Positions 37,648 to 49,837 are shown, counted from the whole stretch's first letter. The stretch is DNA of 63,599 bases, filler included, from Octopus bimaculoides (GCF_001194135.2; 4 parts of 4 records of this genome joined end to end with filler, not necessarily neighbours in it), one strand, 5' to 3'. Translations and numbers: made by a program. Notes: generated from the letters alone by a model not told the origin.

Positions 37648-38107
37648 TACATTCATTAATTTCATGTTTCAGTAACAATGTTATAATATATAAAACAATT
37701 ACTAATATAGGTATATCAAGAGGTTATGATGTCAAGGTTTGTTTTTGGTTCTTCATGTGTTAGCTGCCACCAACACATCTCATAAAATTGAGCAGACAGT
37801 TCAAAAACACAAGTGGTTGGTCAAATAAAGTAATGATTCCAGAAAATTCTTCCAAGGTCATGCAATTAACAACAGTAGAAAAAGTGATTCAACTTTTATC
37901 ACGCTAGTAAACTGAAGAGTTAAAAAAAAATTGTTAAAAGGGTGCCAGTTTTGGAAAATGAGCTCAGTGGGAGTGGTTGCTCCCTCGTACCCCCATTGAT
38001 AACAGTTAGTTTCTGAAGACAAATACCACAGTTTAGAAGGCTTTCAACATATATGCGTTTTAAGTATGCATAAAGATTGCTAATTGTCTGTTTACTTTAT
38101 GTTTCAG

Positions 38108-38608
38108 AAATCTAGTGCCAGGTTCAAGCCTTCTCTTATCAGTGAAATTCAGAAGAGGAATGTTTATCAAAAGAATGACACCAAAATATTAGCAAATAAG
38201 TTGAAAGAATCAGGACTTCATAACGGAACCACTGTTGCTAATAAAATTGAGAATAAACCTCAGCAAAATGGCAAAGTGGAATGTAATGGTCATAAAAATA
38301 TTCAAAAGGTGAATGAACAGCCAGAAGAAAAATCATTGCTCTCCCATTTTATTACTGAATCTCCAGATGATAAAAGCATCAATGCAAATACAAATATTAA
38401 AAATAATAATAACAATAATAACAATAATAACAACAATAACAACAACAACAATAATATTGTAACAGGAGATAAAAATGAACTACCAAATATACGTTTTGGT
38501 TTAAGGCAACTGGCTCTTACGATGACCCAAAGTATTCCTGGAAACAGATGTAAAAAATCATTTGTAACCCCCCAAGTGACAAATATACCAAATGTCCCAG
38601 AGAGTTGA
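38108..38608 (+). CDS. Gene A large, putative terminal exon (low-complexity tail with 18-Asn run)
   Basis: TTTATGTTTCAG acceptor in phase 0 and 166 codons to TGA. An internal donor AAG|GTGAAT lies at 38308/9. Confidence 0.7.
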   Translation, partial: KSSARFKPSLISEIQKRNVYQKNDTKILANKLKESGLHNGTTVANKIENKPQQNGKVECNGHKNIQKVNEQPEEKSLLSHFITESPDDKSINANTNIKNNNNNNNNNNNNNNNNNNIVTGDKNELPNIRFGLRQLALTMTQSIPGNRCKKSFVTPQVTNIPNVPES

Positions 38609-38761
38609 TGAAATGTTTCAGTTGCATTTTTTTCTTTAATTTTAGTTAAAAATTTATCATTGATTTGAAGAGTAATGGAAGATGAACGGAATTTTGTGGC
38701 TGAGGTACTACTCTCATCATTCATCTTCTGTTTGTAATCTTGCTTTAAAAAAAAAACTTGA

Positions 38762-38977
38762 ATCCTGTAGTATTTAAACCAGCCATATCCAACACAAATA
38801 TTCTACCTGCTTTATGTTCAAACAGGCCAGATCTGATATCTCATACCTACCCTACAATGTTAATCAAAAGATAAACAGTCGTTGAAATGTCAAAGCTACA
38901 AAATAAAGCATGATCAATTCCAAACAATGTGAATAAATAAACGCTATATTTGACAAAGTAATCTGAATTCTAAAGGG
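38762..38977. mobile_element. piggyBac-like MITE (related partial copies at about 21330-21490 and 58400-58520)
   Basis: Right end CTAAAGGG|TTAA; the left end is degenerate. Confidence 0.6.
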
Positions 38978-40207
38978 TTAAGATTTTTAAAATCTTCAAA
39001 CAGATGATGGAATTATGTGTTATATTTTTAGAGTCTACTTGTTACTATGATAGTGTGAATTTTTCAACATTCCTCTCTCCACCCTCAGAGAAAGATTTCA
39101 CAACAAATTCCAATATAATAGCAATCTACATCATCTGAAGTGTATTTGTAGAAAATTTCATTAAGAAATATCCATTTTTTTCTGGAGGTTATGCGGAAAA
39201 TTGGTCAGAGAAGCACATTTGTGCAGGTATGCCAGTAAAAAATATCTTGGTTTTAAATGTTGTTATTTATGATTCACAGATTTGCTAAAGCGTTGGATAA
39301 AATTCCAGCATGCACAAGTGTGCCCCACCCTGATTTTGTTACCTCATAACTTCTTGAAAAATAGATATTTCTAAATGAAATTTTCTATAAATACCTTTCA
39401 GATGGTAGAGATTACAATTATACAGAATTTTGTTGTGGAAAATTGCATAACAATAGGCGTAGGAGTGGCTGTGTGGTAAGTAGCTTGCTTACNNNNNNNN
39501 NNNNNNNNNNNNNNNNNNNNNNNNNNNNNNNNNNNNNNNNNNNNNNNNNNNNNNNNNNNNNNNNNNNNNNNNNNNNNNNNNNNNNNNNNNNNNNNNNNNN
39601 NNNNNNNNNNNNNNNNNNNNNNNNNNNNNNNNNNNNNNNNNNNNNNNNNNNNNNNNNNNNNNNNNNNNNNNNNNNNNNNNNNNNNNNNNNNNNNNNNNNN
39701 NNNNNNNNNNNNNNNNNNNNNNNNNNNNNNNNNNNNNNNNNNNNNNNNNNNNNNNNNNNNNNNNNNNNNNNNNNNNNNNNNNNNNNNNNNNNNNNNNNNN
39801 NNNNNNNNNNNNNNNNNNNNNNNNNNNNNNNNNNNNNNNNNNNNNNNNNNNNNNNNNNNNNNNNNNNNNNNNNNNNNNNNNNNNNNNNNNNNNNNNNNNN
39901 NNNNNNNNNNNNNNNNNNNNNNNNNNNNNNNNNNNNNNNNNNNNNNNNNNNNNNNNNNNNNNNNNNNNNNNNNNNNNNNNNNNNNNNNNNNNNNNNNNNN
40001 NNNNNNNNNNNNNNNNNNNNNNNNNNNNNNNNNNNNNNNNNNNNNNNNNNNNNNNNNNNNNNNNNNNNNNNNNNNNNNNNNNNNNNNNNNNNNNNNNNNN
40101 NNNNNNNNNNNNNNNNNNNNNNNNNNNNNNNNNNNNNNNNNNNNNNNTTTCACAGGATCTGAAAACTCAACGTTAACAGCCGGTCACAAAAACGATAAAA
40201 AAAAAAA

Positions 40208-40402
40208 TAGTGTATTAGGTGTAAAATAATGCGTAGTAAACGAATATGAAGAAAAAAAAAATCGCCGACGAACGGGGAAGTGGTTAGAGGACTCGGAACA
40301 TTCCCGATATGAATTTTCCGAGTTCTCTCCCCCGCCCCCCGTTCGCCAGCGGACGTTTTTTTTTCATATTCGTTTACTACATGTTGTACACCTATTGCAC
40401 TA
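40208..40402. mobile_element. Foldback MITE-like hairpin
   Basis: TAGTG...TAGTAAACGAATATGAA...GAACGGGG pairs with CCCCGTTC...TTCATATTCGTTTACTA...CACTA. Inner stem AGAGGACTCGGAA / TTCCGAGTTCTCT. Confidence 0.75.
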
Positions 40403-41618
40403 TTTTTTTTTTTTTTGCTCGGATCAAACACTTTAGTTTGACTGGAATTTTGTGAAAAATAAAAAAACAATGGTGGCCATGCACACATACATAATATCAC
40501 AATTTTTTCATTTCAAGTTTTATTTTCTAGATATATATGTGATGTGTATTAGTATGTGTATCAGCATGCGCGCCCACCAATTTTATTTTCATATTAAATT
40601 CTGGCGTAATTGTAATGAACACCATCTGAAAGCTATTTGTAGAAAATAATATTTAAGAATATTTTTTGAAAGACATGATGAAACAAAGTCGATGAGTGAA
40701 AGGCGCACACTTGTGTAGGAATGTCAAAATGGCTTGCTGTATGTTCCAGCTCTTCATGTTCTGACTTGAAATCTTTGAAAGGGAAAAGATCCTAAATTTC
40801 TTGTCCCTATGTAAAGCAAACAAATAAATGTTAACTGACAAAACCTTTTAAAGCTTCGTAAAAAGTGTCTTGTGATCTTTGTTCCGGCTCTTTCACGCTC
40901 TGATTTCAAATCTCAGAATATATAGAGTACGGGTCTTGTGCGAGGATCGAATTAATCGACTAACCCTCCTACAAGAAAATTTATGGCATTTGTACCTATA
41001 AGATGATTATTATTAATAAATATGCGAGGGTGATGAACTGACAGAATCTTTAGCACGTCAGACATGCGGCTTAATAGTATGTCTCAGTTCTGAGTTCAAA
41101 TGCCACCGAGGCCAACTATGCCTTTCATCCCTTTCAGGGTCGACAAAATAAAGTACCAGTCGATAGGGTTGATGTTTTTCTCCCCTAAATATACAAGAGT
41201 AGCAAGCTAGCAGAATCGTTAATGCGCTGGACAAATCGCTTAGCGGCATTTCTTCCGGCTTTTAACGTTCTGAGTTCAAATTTCGTTGAAGTCGACTTCG
41301 TCTTTTATCCTGTTGGTTCAAATAACTACCAGTTAAGCCCTGATGTCGATGTAATCAACTGAGTCCCTAATCCTAAAAATGACTCGTTTTGTGCCGCAAT
41401 TTGAAGCTATTATCAATAAATATACATATAGACTCGTACACATCTACACACGCATAGATATTCTTATGACGACCTGTCTATTATTCTGTATATATGTCGC
41501 ACACATATCAATAAATCTTGTCTTACACATTCTACCCGGTTGTGTCTCTTATTTCCCTCTGGCACATATACGCATTATTCTATTCATATTTATTCTATTG
41601 ACCGTGTGATTTACTAAG

Positions 41619-41726
41619 GAACCATTCTCATCACCTCGCTTCGCACGGACGTCACAAATTGGTGACCCGTTCCAGATCCTTGAAACTACAGAAAGAATTA
41701 TAATGGGAGAAGGAGATACTCCACAG
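41619..41726 (+). CDS. Candidate exon (EPFSSPRFARTSQIGDPFQILETTERIIMGEGDTPQ); gene A 3' extension or a separate gene
   Basis: TTTACTAAG acceptor and CAG|GTATCA donor; 36 open codons in unique sequence. Confidence 0.45.
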
Positions 41727-42571
41727 GTATCATAAACCTTCATACATTTCTCGCAAATATATATATAAACAGGCATGCATTAACTTCGGTACGTGTTCCA
41801 AATATGCGACTTAACTCGAAAAACGACGTAACACAAAAAATTATTTGAAAAACTTAATTAACACGTGTTTTAATAAATAGTTTGTGCATATTTTAACGTA
41901 TTTTATTTGATTTTCCACAACGGTATTGTTCTTCTTTTTTTGGGTGGGGGGGCTTTTTTCATAATTTTTATCCTGTTAAAATATATTCGAAGAGACCAAT
42001 AAATTGACTGAAGTTGGTTCCATTAATTTCATAAAAGAAAAAAAAAACAAGCAAAAAACAACGTAAAGTAAAAAAAGATGTGACTTGAAACGGCGTAAGT
42101 TGAGGTATGCCTATGTATGTATGTATGTATAATGGAAGGCGCTTAATAACAAAAACCGGCTGATAGCAATAAGCAGTGAATATAACAATATTTTGATCAT
42201 ATTTGGAACTGCTAATTTTGATGACAGTAACAGTTTGATAACATAGGAGTTGCTTCCATTACACACACACACATAATTACATTCAGAATAGCAAACAACT
42301 GAATTATACATAAAATGTTCACTTTTTCTGTTGTTTACTATTTTAAATACGTTGCTCTTAACTATCGTTTTAGCTGACTTTGTCGATACCTGTAAGTTTC
42401 TTCCATCAATATTTATTGTATTGATATATCCCCGTAACTTAGCGGTTCATCAAAAAAAGGATCGATAGAATAAGTACTAGGCTTACAAAGAATAAGTCTC
42501 GGGGTCGATTTGTTCGACTAAAAGCAGTGCTCCAGCATGGCCGCAGTCAAATGACTGAAACAAGTAAAAGA

Positions 42572-42628
<57 letters not shown>

Positions 42629-42914
42629 AACACACATACATACATACATACATACATGCACACATACATACTCATTTTTGTTCTATACCAATCTATGTGA
42701 TGGAAATTAATTTGCAGATACTCTTGCTTTATGTGTGTGTGTGTGTATATATNNNNNNNNNNNNNNNNNNNNNNNNNNNNNNNNNNNNNNNNNNNNNNNN
42801 NNNNNNNNNNNNNNNNNNNNNNNNNNNTATATATATATATGTTGTTGTAATATATATATATATAGAGAGAGAGGGGGGGAGACGTGGTCCTTTTTTTTAA
42901 CGTCACTAAAACAG

Positions 42915-43001
42915 TTTAAATTTAAATCTCGGTCAAAGTGTTATTCATTGGCTCAATTATTTGATCCAATCGGACAAAACCTCGGTGTGTCAAATCCCTG
43001 A
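42915..43001 (+). CDS. Candidate terminal exon (FKFKSRSKCYSLAQLFDPIGQNLGVSNP*)
   Basis: Acceptor CTAAAACAG in phase 0, compatible with 41726. Confidence 0.3.
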   Translation, partial: FKFKSRSKCYSLAQLFDPIGQNLGVSNP

Positions 43002-46000
43002 TCACACTTCAACTGGGAAATTTCGCCAAGGTACTCTTCTTTCCATTCTGTTGTTCAATGATGATTTACTTCACAGGTTTTATCTATTTATATATTTTTC
43101 TGGTTTCTGTCTGTTTTATGTTGATTTTATTTTCCTTCTATTAAACAATGTATTCAAAGATTATTTAATTTTCCTTGGTTGTTTCATATTGTCGTAAACT
43201 GCAGTAATATGTTGTCTTGATGGAGCTCGCACTTTGGTCGCTCGACCTGCTAGGTATAGTGCTAAATCGCCCTCAAATCCCAGTCTACTCTCTTTTAAAA
43301 ATAAATACGTAAGACAGTTTAGTTTGAGATATATTATTCTGAGAAAAAAATGGTACAACTTTGAACATATTTTTAACTATGTCTACTCGTTCAAGGCTGG
43401 TTAAAAGAAATTACATTCGTGACTTCAACTGACAATTATGCAAAGTTAGCTAACACTTTTCTGGAACTTCTTTTCAAATATTATTTGATTTTTTCCCCCC
43501 AGTATTATTTGTGGTTCTTTATTTAACATTAAATCTGTCATATAAAGAATATTTAAAATTTTCCCTGTAATCATTCATTTTTGCATTTTTATTAATTATT
43601 TTGAAACCATTTTGTATGAAAATAGATAAACATTGATCATATATGATTGCTATTTACAATTACGTTTCTAATGCCCATGTTACACAATTTCATTTAGCCG
43701 TCTCTCTTAAATCTGTAGGCGCGATGAGACTTTCTTAATAACACGCTTAACGAAAAATTACTTTGAATTTTTAGTTTAGTGCGATCCGACTTCTTGAAAA
43801 AGGTTGTCCATGACTGATATAAAGAGTTTTCTACATAAAAAAAGTTTAAAAAAAAAAAACAGTACGAACGAACAACTTTTTATTTTGTTTTTCTCTTATA
43901 AAATAATTCTAACTTCGACTTTTCTGTTAGGACTGGAAACTTTTTATTGCGTAAATGCGAGTTGCGGGTCTTTCGGTTTTCGGAGCACAATAGCATTCTG
44001 ACAGATGATTTGATCTCTAGTAAAGATCTCTTAAAACGGTGAAGCTGGTAAAATCGTTTGAGACGGAGAAAATTCTTAGCGACATTTCTTACGGGCTCTT
44101 TTCACTCTGGGTAAAAATTGCGCCGAGGTCGACTTTGCCCTTTCATCCTTTAGGGGCCAATAAAATAAGTACCATTTGGGCAATGGGGTCGATGTAATCG
44201 ACTTACTCCTCCTTTAATATTGCTGGCCTTGTGTCGAAATTTGGAACTGTTAAAAATGATCCCTCTGTTGAACTTCCAAAGAGTAAAAGCAGCCGATGTT
44301 TTGTTTTATGGCCCGGAAAGTGAAATTACTGTCGGAAACTGCAAACTAATTTTGTTTTTGAAATGAAAATAAAAGCATTACAAACTTGATGTAACAAAAC
44401 GAATTGTAAAACCTAATGTTTTTCCTTTGTAAAATGCGTTTTATTTATTTTATAACGTTTTCTAAAAATAATAAACTAAAATATAAGAATTAAACAAGTG
44501 TTGATGGCATTTAACTCTACAAATTAATGTTTGGTGATTCAAAACGTTTTGGTTCGTTACAGTATTCCACTAAATAACGAATTAATCTCAACGATGAATT
44601 AAGATAATCCACGACAATCTCTATGTTCATCGTATTAATATAAATACCCCGTTCTACTTAATTCCTTTCAATCGGTTAACAGTTCTTAACGGGTTATTGT
44701 GTTTAAACAATCAACCATTTCTTTTATATCTTACATTTTATCTTTTTAACTTGTTTCATGTGCTGGGGCACCGCCTCGAAGGGTTTAGTCGAACAAATTG
44801 ACCCCAGTACTCATTCTTAGACCTGGTACTTGATCTGTTGGTTTCTTTTGTCGAACCATTTAAGTTACGGGAACATAAACAAACCAGCATCGGTTGTCAA
44901 TCGGTGGCAGAGGACAGACACAAAACCATGCGCACATACACCACACACACGACGGGTTTCTTTCGTTCAAGGCCTTTGGTTGACCCGGTACTATAGTAGG
45001 TGCCGTGCAGTGGTTGGGAAGCAAACTTTTTACCACACAGCCATAAAATTTGGAAATCAGCTTTCAGTTTCAAATAAAATCTTTCTCCCAGTTTAATTTC
45101 TTTACCAAACTTATTCGAATATTGTTGAACATTTCTTTAATTCTTATTGTGCTGATTATGTCGGCGAGCTGGCAGAATCGTCAGCACACTGGACAAAATG
45201 CTAAGCGCCATTTCTTCAAGCTCTTCACGTTCTGAGTTCAAATATTTCCCTGATCAATTTTACTTTCATCCTTTTGCTGACAATAAAATNNNNNNNNNNN
45301 NNNNNNNNNNNNNNNNNNNNNNNNNNNNNNNNNNNNNNNNNNNNNNNNNNNNNNNNNNNNNNNNNNNNNNNNNNNNNNNNNNNNNNNNNNNNNNNNNNNN
45401 NNNNNNNNNNNNNNNNNNNNNNNNNNNNNNNNNNNNNNNNNNNNNNNNNNNNNNNNNNNNNNNNNNNNNNNNNNNNNNNNNNNNNNNNNNNNNNNNNNNN
45501 NNNNNNNNNNNNNNNNNNNNNNNNNNNNNNNNNNNNNNNNNNNNNNNNNNNNNNNNNNNNNNNNNNNNNNNNNNNNNNNNNNNNNNNNNNNNNNNNNNNN
45601 NNNNNNNNNNNNNNNNNNNNNNNNNNNNNNNNNNNNNNNNNNNNNNNNNNNNNNNNNNNNNNNNNNNNNNNNNNNNNNNNNNNNNNNNNNNNNNNNNNNN
45701 NNNNNNNNNNNNNNNNNNNNNNNNNNNNNNNNNNNNNNNNNNNNNNNNNNNNNNNNNNNNNNNNNNNNNNNNNNNNNNNNNNNNNNNNNNNNNNNNNNNN
45801 NNNNNNNNNNNNNNNNNNNNNNNNNNNNNNNNNNNNNNNNNNNNNNNNNNNNNNNNNNNNNNNNNNNNNNNNNNNNNNNNNNNNNNNNNNNNNNNNNNNN
45901 NNNNNNNNNNNNNNNNNNNNNNNNNNNNNNNNNNNNNNNNNNNNNNNNNNNNNNNNNNNNNNNNNNNNNNNNNNNNNNNNNNNNNNNNNNNNNNNNNNNN

Positions 46001-46170
46001 NNNNNNNNNNNNNNNNNNNNNNNNNNNNNNNNNNNNNNNNNNNNNNNNNNNNNNNNNNNNNNNNNNNNNNNNNNNNNNNNNNNNNNNNNNNNNNNNNNNN
46101 NNNNNNNNNNNNNNNNNNNNNNNNNNNNNNNNNNNNNNNNNNNNNNNNNNNNNNNNNNNNNNNNNNNNNN

Positions 46171-46362
46171 AACAGGAAGTAAGAGTGAGAGAAAGTTGTG
46201 GTGAAAGAGTACAGCAGGGTTTGCCACCATCCCCTGCCGGAGCCTCGTGGAGCTTTAGGTGTTTTCGCTCAATAAACACTCACAACGCCCGGTCTGGGAA
46301 TCGAAACCGCGATCCTATGACCGCAAGTCCACTGCCCTAACCACTGGGCCTTTGCGCCTCCA
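46171..46362 (-). mobile_element. tRNA-derived SINE with a well-preserved tRNA-like head (OR-type)
   Basis: Reverse strand GGAGGCGCAAAGGCCCAGTGGTTAGGGCAGTGGACTTGCGGTC...GGTTTCGATTCCC carries A and B boxes and continues into a non-tRNA body. Confidence 0.8.
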
Positions 46363-46416
46363 CGTTAGTTGAGTACAGAGATGTTATAAGAAAATAAGAT
46401 GACAGAGGAATAAATG

Positions 46417-46629
46417 ATTATCTTATGAACTTCATTAGCTTACAGCTGTTTCTGCTATAAGGTGCAGTAGACTCATATTTGAGTGTCTGAGTAACACCTT
46501 ATAGTTTCATCAGAGCCTTGAAATTGAGGTGCAATGATGAAGCTATAATGTAATTACTCAGGTACTCAAATGAGTCCACTGCATCTTTAGGCAGAAACAG
46601 CTGTAAGCTATTGAAGTTCATAAGATTAT
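46417..46629. repeat. Inverted repeat (~95-bp arms, 22-bp loop) made of two hammerhead-bearing units
   Basis: Arms 46417-46512 and 46535-46629 are diverged reverse complements. Confidence 0.9.
46437..46517 (-). ncRNA. Type-I hammerhead ribozyme motif with palindromic stem III
   Basis: GGCT-CTGATGA-AAC TATAAGGTG...CACCTTATA GCA-GAAA-CAGCTG-TA-AGCT. Predicted GUA cleavage between 46441 and 46440. The base of stem II is non-canonical. Confidence 0.65.
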
Positions 46630-46887
46630 AGTTTATTCCTTTGTCGTCTCATTTCCCTTGTGGTAATGGGTGTGTGTGTGTGTGTGTGCGCACGTGTGTG
46701 TATGCACACGTGTGTGTGTGCATGTGTGGTTTCTTGTATTTAGTTACACTCCTTGACTGTTCAAGCCCTATCCACACTATTGACAAAATAAATACCTGTG
46801 ATATTTTGGTGTCAATGTGGGATTTCATCATTATTGCTATTAACCATTTCTTTAAAACAAAATTTCTTTTTCTTTTCAGATTAAGTC

Positions 46888-46943
46888 ATGTTTTACAGCA
46901 CTGAGATTCTCAACCAAAGAGGAGGCCGTTTTGCTCTGATATG
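46888..46943 (+). CDS. REC8: REC8 coding exon 1 (MFYSTEILNQRGGRFALI-W)
   Basis: Rad21/Rec8 N-terminal MFY...IW motif. Acceptor at 46879 (5'UTR intron upstream) and donor TG|GTAAAT. Confidence 0.92.
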
Positions 46944-47555
46944 GTAAATTTTGCTTCCATTTTTGAGTGGACATAAATTTTGAAATTAAAATGTTAAAAA
47001 GAAATTGAATTAAATAAAAAAAAAAAATAAAGATAAAAGAATGATACATTTGTATAAGTATTTAATCCTTTTGTGACCATATATTTTATATATCAGATAC
47101 AATTTACTTGTGTGTTTTAATTAATCTTAAATGGGTTAAGGAAAATATAAAAGTTGTGTGTTTTTAAATACTGTATGTCCATGAGATATTATCTCCAGAT
47201 AGACATTGTAGTTAATTTGTTTTGTTTTTTTTATGCTTTTGCATTATGTATGATATATAGATGACTATTTTAATTTGGTACTGTTTCTGTTGTTCATAAA
47301 AATTTTTTATTCAGCTAAGCAACTTGTTGCAACACCAGTGATTTTTCCTATGTCACTAGCGATGTTTTTTGTCTTCGCATACAGTTGCTAGTGAGTACAC
47401 ACTATTGACAGACTGAAGAGGCACTATCCTCTCCATTTGAAGATTTATCTATCACCTGCTTAATTTTGTAAAAACCAGAAGTTATATCTCTCGAGATTCT
47501 CATGATTAATAAATTTTTTTATTACTCTTTCTTTAACAAATAACAAAAAACCCAG

Positions 47556-47624
47556 GCTGGCAGCAACCAAAGGCCGAAAGCTATCAAGACGAGAAGTGTG
47601 TGGTGTAAATTTAGTAGATACATG
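47556..47624 (+). CDS. REC8: REC8 coding exon 2 (LAATKGRKLSRREVCGVNLVDT-C)
   Basis: IWLAAT is Rec8-type (Rad21 has WLAAHW). Phase 2-2, GTGAGT donor. Confidence 0.92.
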
Positions 47625-47902
47625 GTGAGTAATTAAAAGTCTGTATTTCAGAATCATTAGTAATATTAGTTTCAAATTTTGGGATGCAGTAAGTTTATTA
47701 CATCACCCCCAGTGCTCAACCGGTACTTATTTTTGTCGACCCTGAAAAGTTGAAAGGCAAAGTCAACCTTGACAGCATTTGAACTCTGAATGTGAAGATA
47801 ACAAAATGCCACTAGCCATTTTGTCCAGTTTTTCTACCTGGCCAGCTCCTCTAAACCGTCCTACCCATGCATGCATGGAATATTGATGTTAAATGATGAT
47901 GA

Positions 47903-47938
<36 letters not shown>

Positions 47939-48415
47939 GACGACTGGCACCCATGCCAACGTCATCTCCTTCATTNNNNNNNNNNNNNNNNNNNNNNNNN
48001 NNNNNNNNNNNNNNNNNNNNNNNNNNNNNNNNNNNNNNNNNNNNNNNNNNNNNNNNNTGGGCTTGCGAAAGCGAAACCGTCAATGGCACCTGTGCCAGAT
48101 GGCACGTGTAAAGACATTCGAGCGAGATCGTTGCCAGTGCCGCCGAACTGGCTCCTGTGCAGGTGGCATGTAAAATACGCCATTTTGAGCATGGCCGTTG
48201 CCAGTACTGCCTGACTGGCCTTCGTGCCGGTGGCACGTAAAAGCACCCACTACACTCTCGGAGTGGTTGGCATTAGGAAGGGCATCCAGCTGTAGAAACT
48301 CTGCCAAATCAGATTGGAGCCTGGTGTAGCCATCTGGTTTCACCGGTCCTCAGTCAAATCGTCCAACCCATGCTAGCATGGAAAGCGGACGTTAACGATG
48401 ATGATGATGATGATA

Positions 48416-48631
48416 TGAGGGGTGCTGAAAAGTTCCTGGTTTTAAGGGTATCGCAAAAGGCCTGATTAGAGGCCTAATCTTTTGAGTTCTTTCACAGGGC
48501 TTAGAAAAACTGAGGGACCGCTGCAATAAGTGTGTGAATCTGAGTGGGGAATATGTTAACTAAAATCATAATTAACAGATCATCCTGTATTTTCTTTTAC
48601 TCAAAGCCAGGAACTTTTCAACACCCCCTCA
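48416..48631. mobile_element. mariner-derived MITE
   Basis: TIR TGAGGGGTGCTGAAAAGTTCCTGG and TA TSD. Internal remnant EKLRDRCNKCVNLSGEYV resembles the mariner C-terminus. Confidence 0.85.
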
Positions 48632-48943
48632 TATTCTTATAATAAATAGCTGAAAACTGCTCTTTAGGTAGAATCGTTAGTGTGCCAGGCGAAATGCTTA
48701 GTGGTACTTCACCTGTCACTACTTTCTGAGTTCAAGTTCTGCCATGATCAACTTTGCCTTTCATCCTTTCGGGGTCAATAAATTAAGTACCAGTGAAACA
48801 CTGGAGTTGATGTAATCAACTAGTCCCCTCCCCTAAAATTTCAGGCCTTGTATCTATAGTAGAAAGGATTATCATCAATACAAACCAATGAGAGCTTCTG
48901 CATGATTACCTGACCTGCTAGATATTTCAGCTATCCTTCACTC

Positions 48944-49567
48944 TATAGGAATCTTGCAGGCGTGAAGTGGATTCGATCCACTATGCCACAAATTTGAATT
49001 AACACCGCGTCAGAACTTTTCCTGCGGTGAAACAACGGTTTTGATCTTACAGCAGTTAGATATGTCCCAGACGCTTTTAGCTAGGCCGAAGCGGTGTCTT
49101 CACCACTTGACCCTTTCTGACCTCTTCTACTTCATCAAATCTAGAATAGAATCCTTTGTTCTCACTATCCTTTTTAATGGCTATAAAAACAGGAGACCAC
49201 AAGGAAAGTTTTTCTTTAGTCACCAATCGGTGACGTCTCAACAGGCTAGTCACCAAGGAGAATGAAGTTACTGTCAGCCACTGTGAGACAACGTCGCACA
49301 CGCTATAACTATCACTAGCATTTCCTTTTCTCTATAACACTACCATCTCTCTCTATATATAAATACTACTATGAGAAAGCGTACATACAGATACAGGCCG
49401 AAATTCTTTACCTTGTATGCTTTACATACAAACTGTTATACTATTACACTGGCCTACACGTCGTGATATGGCAACATATAAAGTAACGGTAAATAAATAT
49501 TTCTACGAAAATGGTGACCCTTTCATCTCCAATAACTCTCCAACGTTAACATCTTTCAACCGTTACA
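48944..49567. mobile_element. Solo LTR, copy 2, in REC8 intron 2
   Basis: Homologous to 142-913, ends CCGTTACA, 4-bp TSD ACTC. Confidence 0.75.
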
Positions 49568-49837
49568 ACTCGAATCACACCCAATGATCTTGAAAGGATA
49601 CCTTAGATTATGATATCCTGGTTCCTGCGCAGAAGAAAAGACGACAGGATGGTCTTATTTGGAATGCCGTTGATCGTTGGTCTGCTTGATGACGGCTGAC
49701 TTGGGGCTAAACAAGAACATCATTATTACTATCACCTTCATCAGCAACCTCATCATCATTATCAACATCATTATCATCAACATCCTCATCATTATCATCA
49801 ACATAATCATCATCATCATCATGCTATTCATTTTCAG

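Noticed and set aside
40653-40841. Minus-strand acceptor followed by short open frames
   Set aside because: No consistent multi-exon model or recognisable peptide.
46290-46362. tRNA gene
   Set aside because: It is a SINE head with no proper acceptor stem or T-run terminator and continues into a SINE body.
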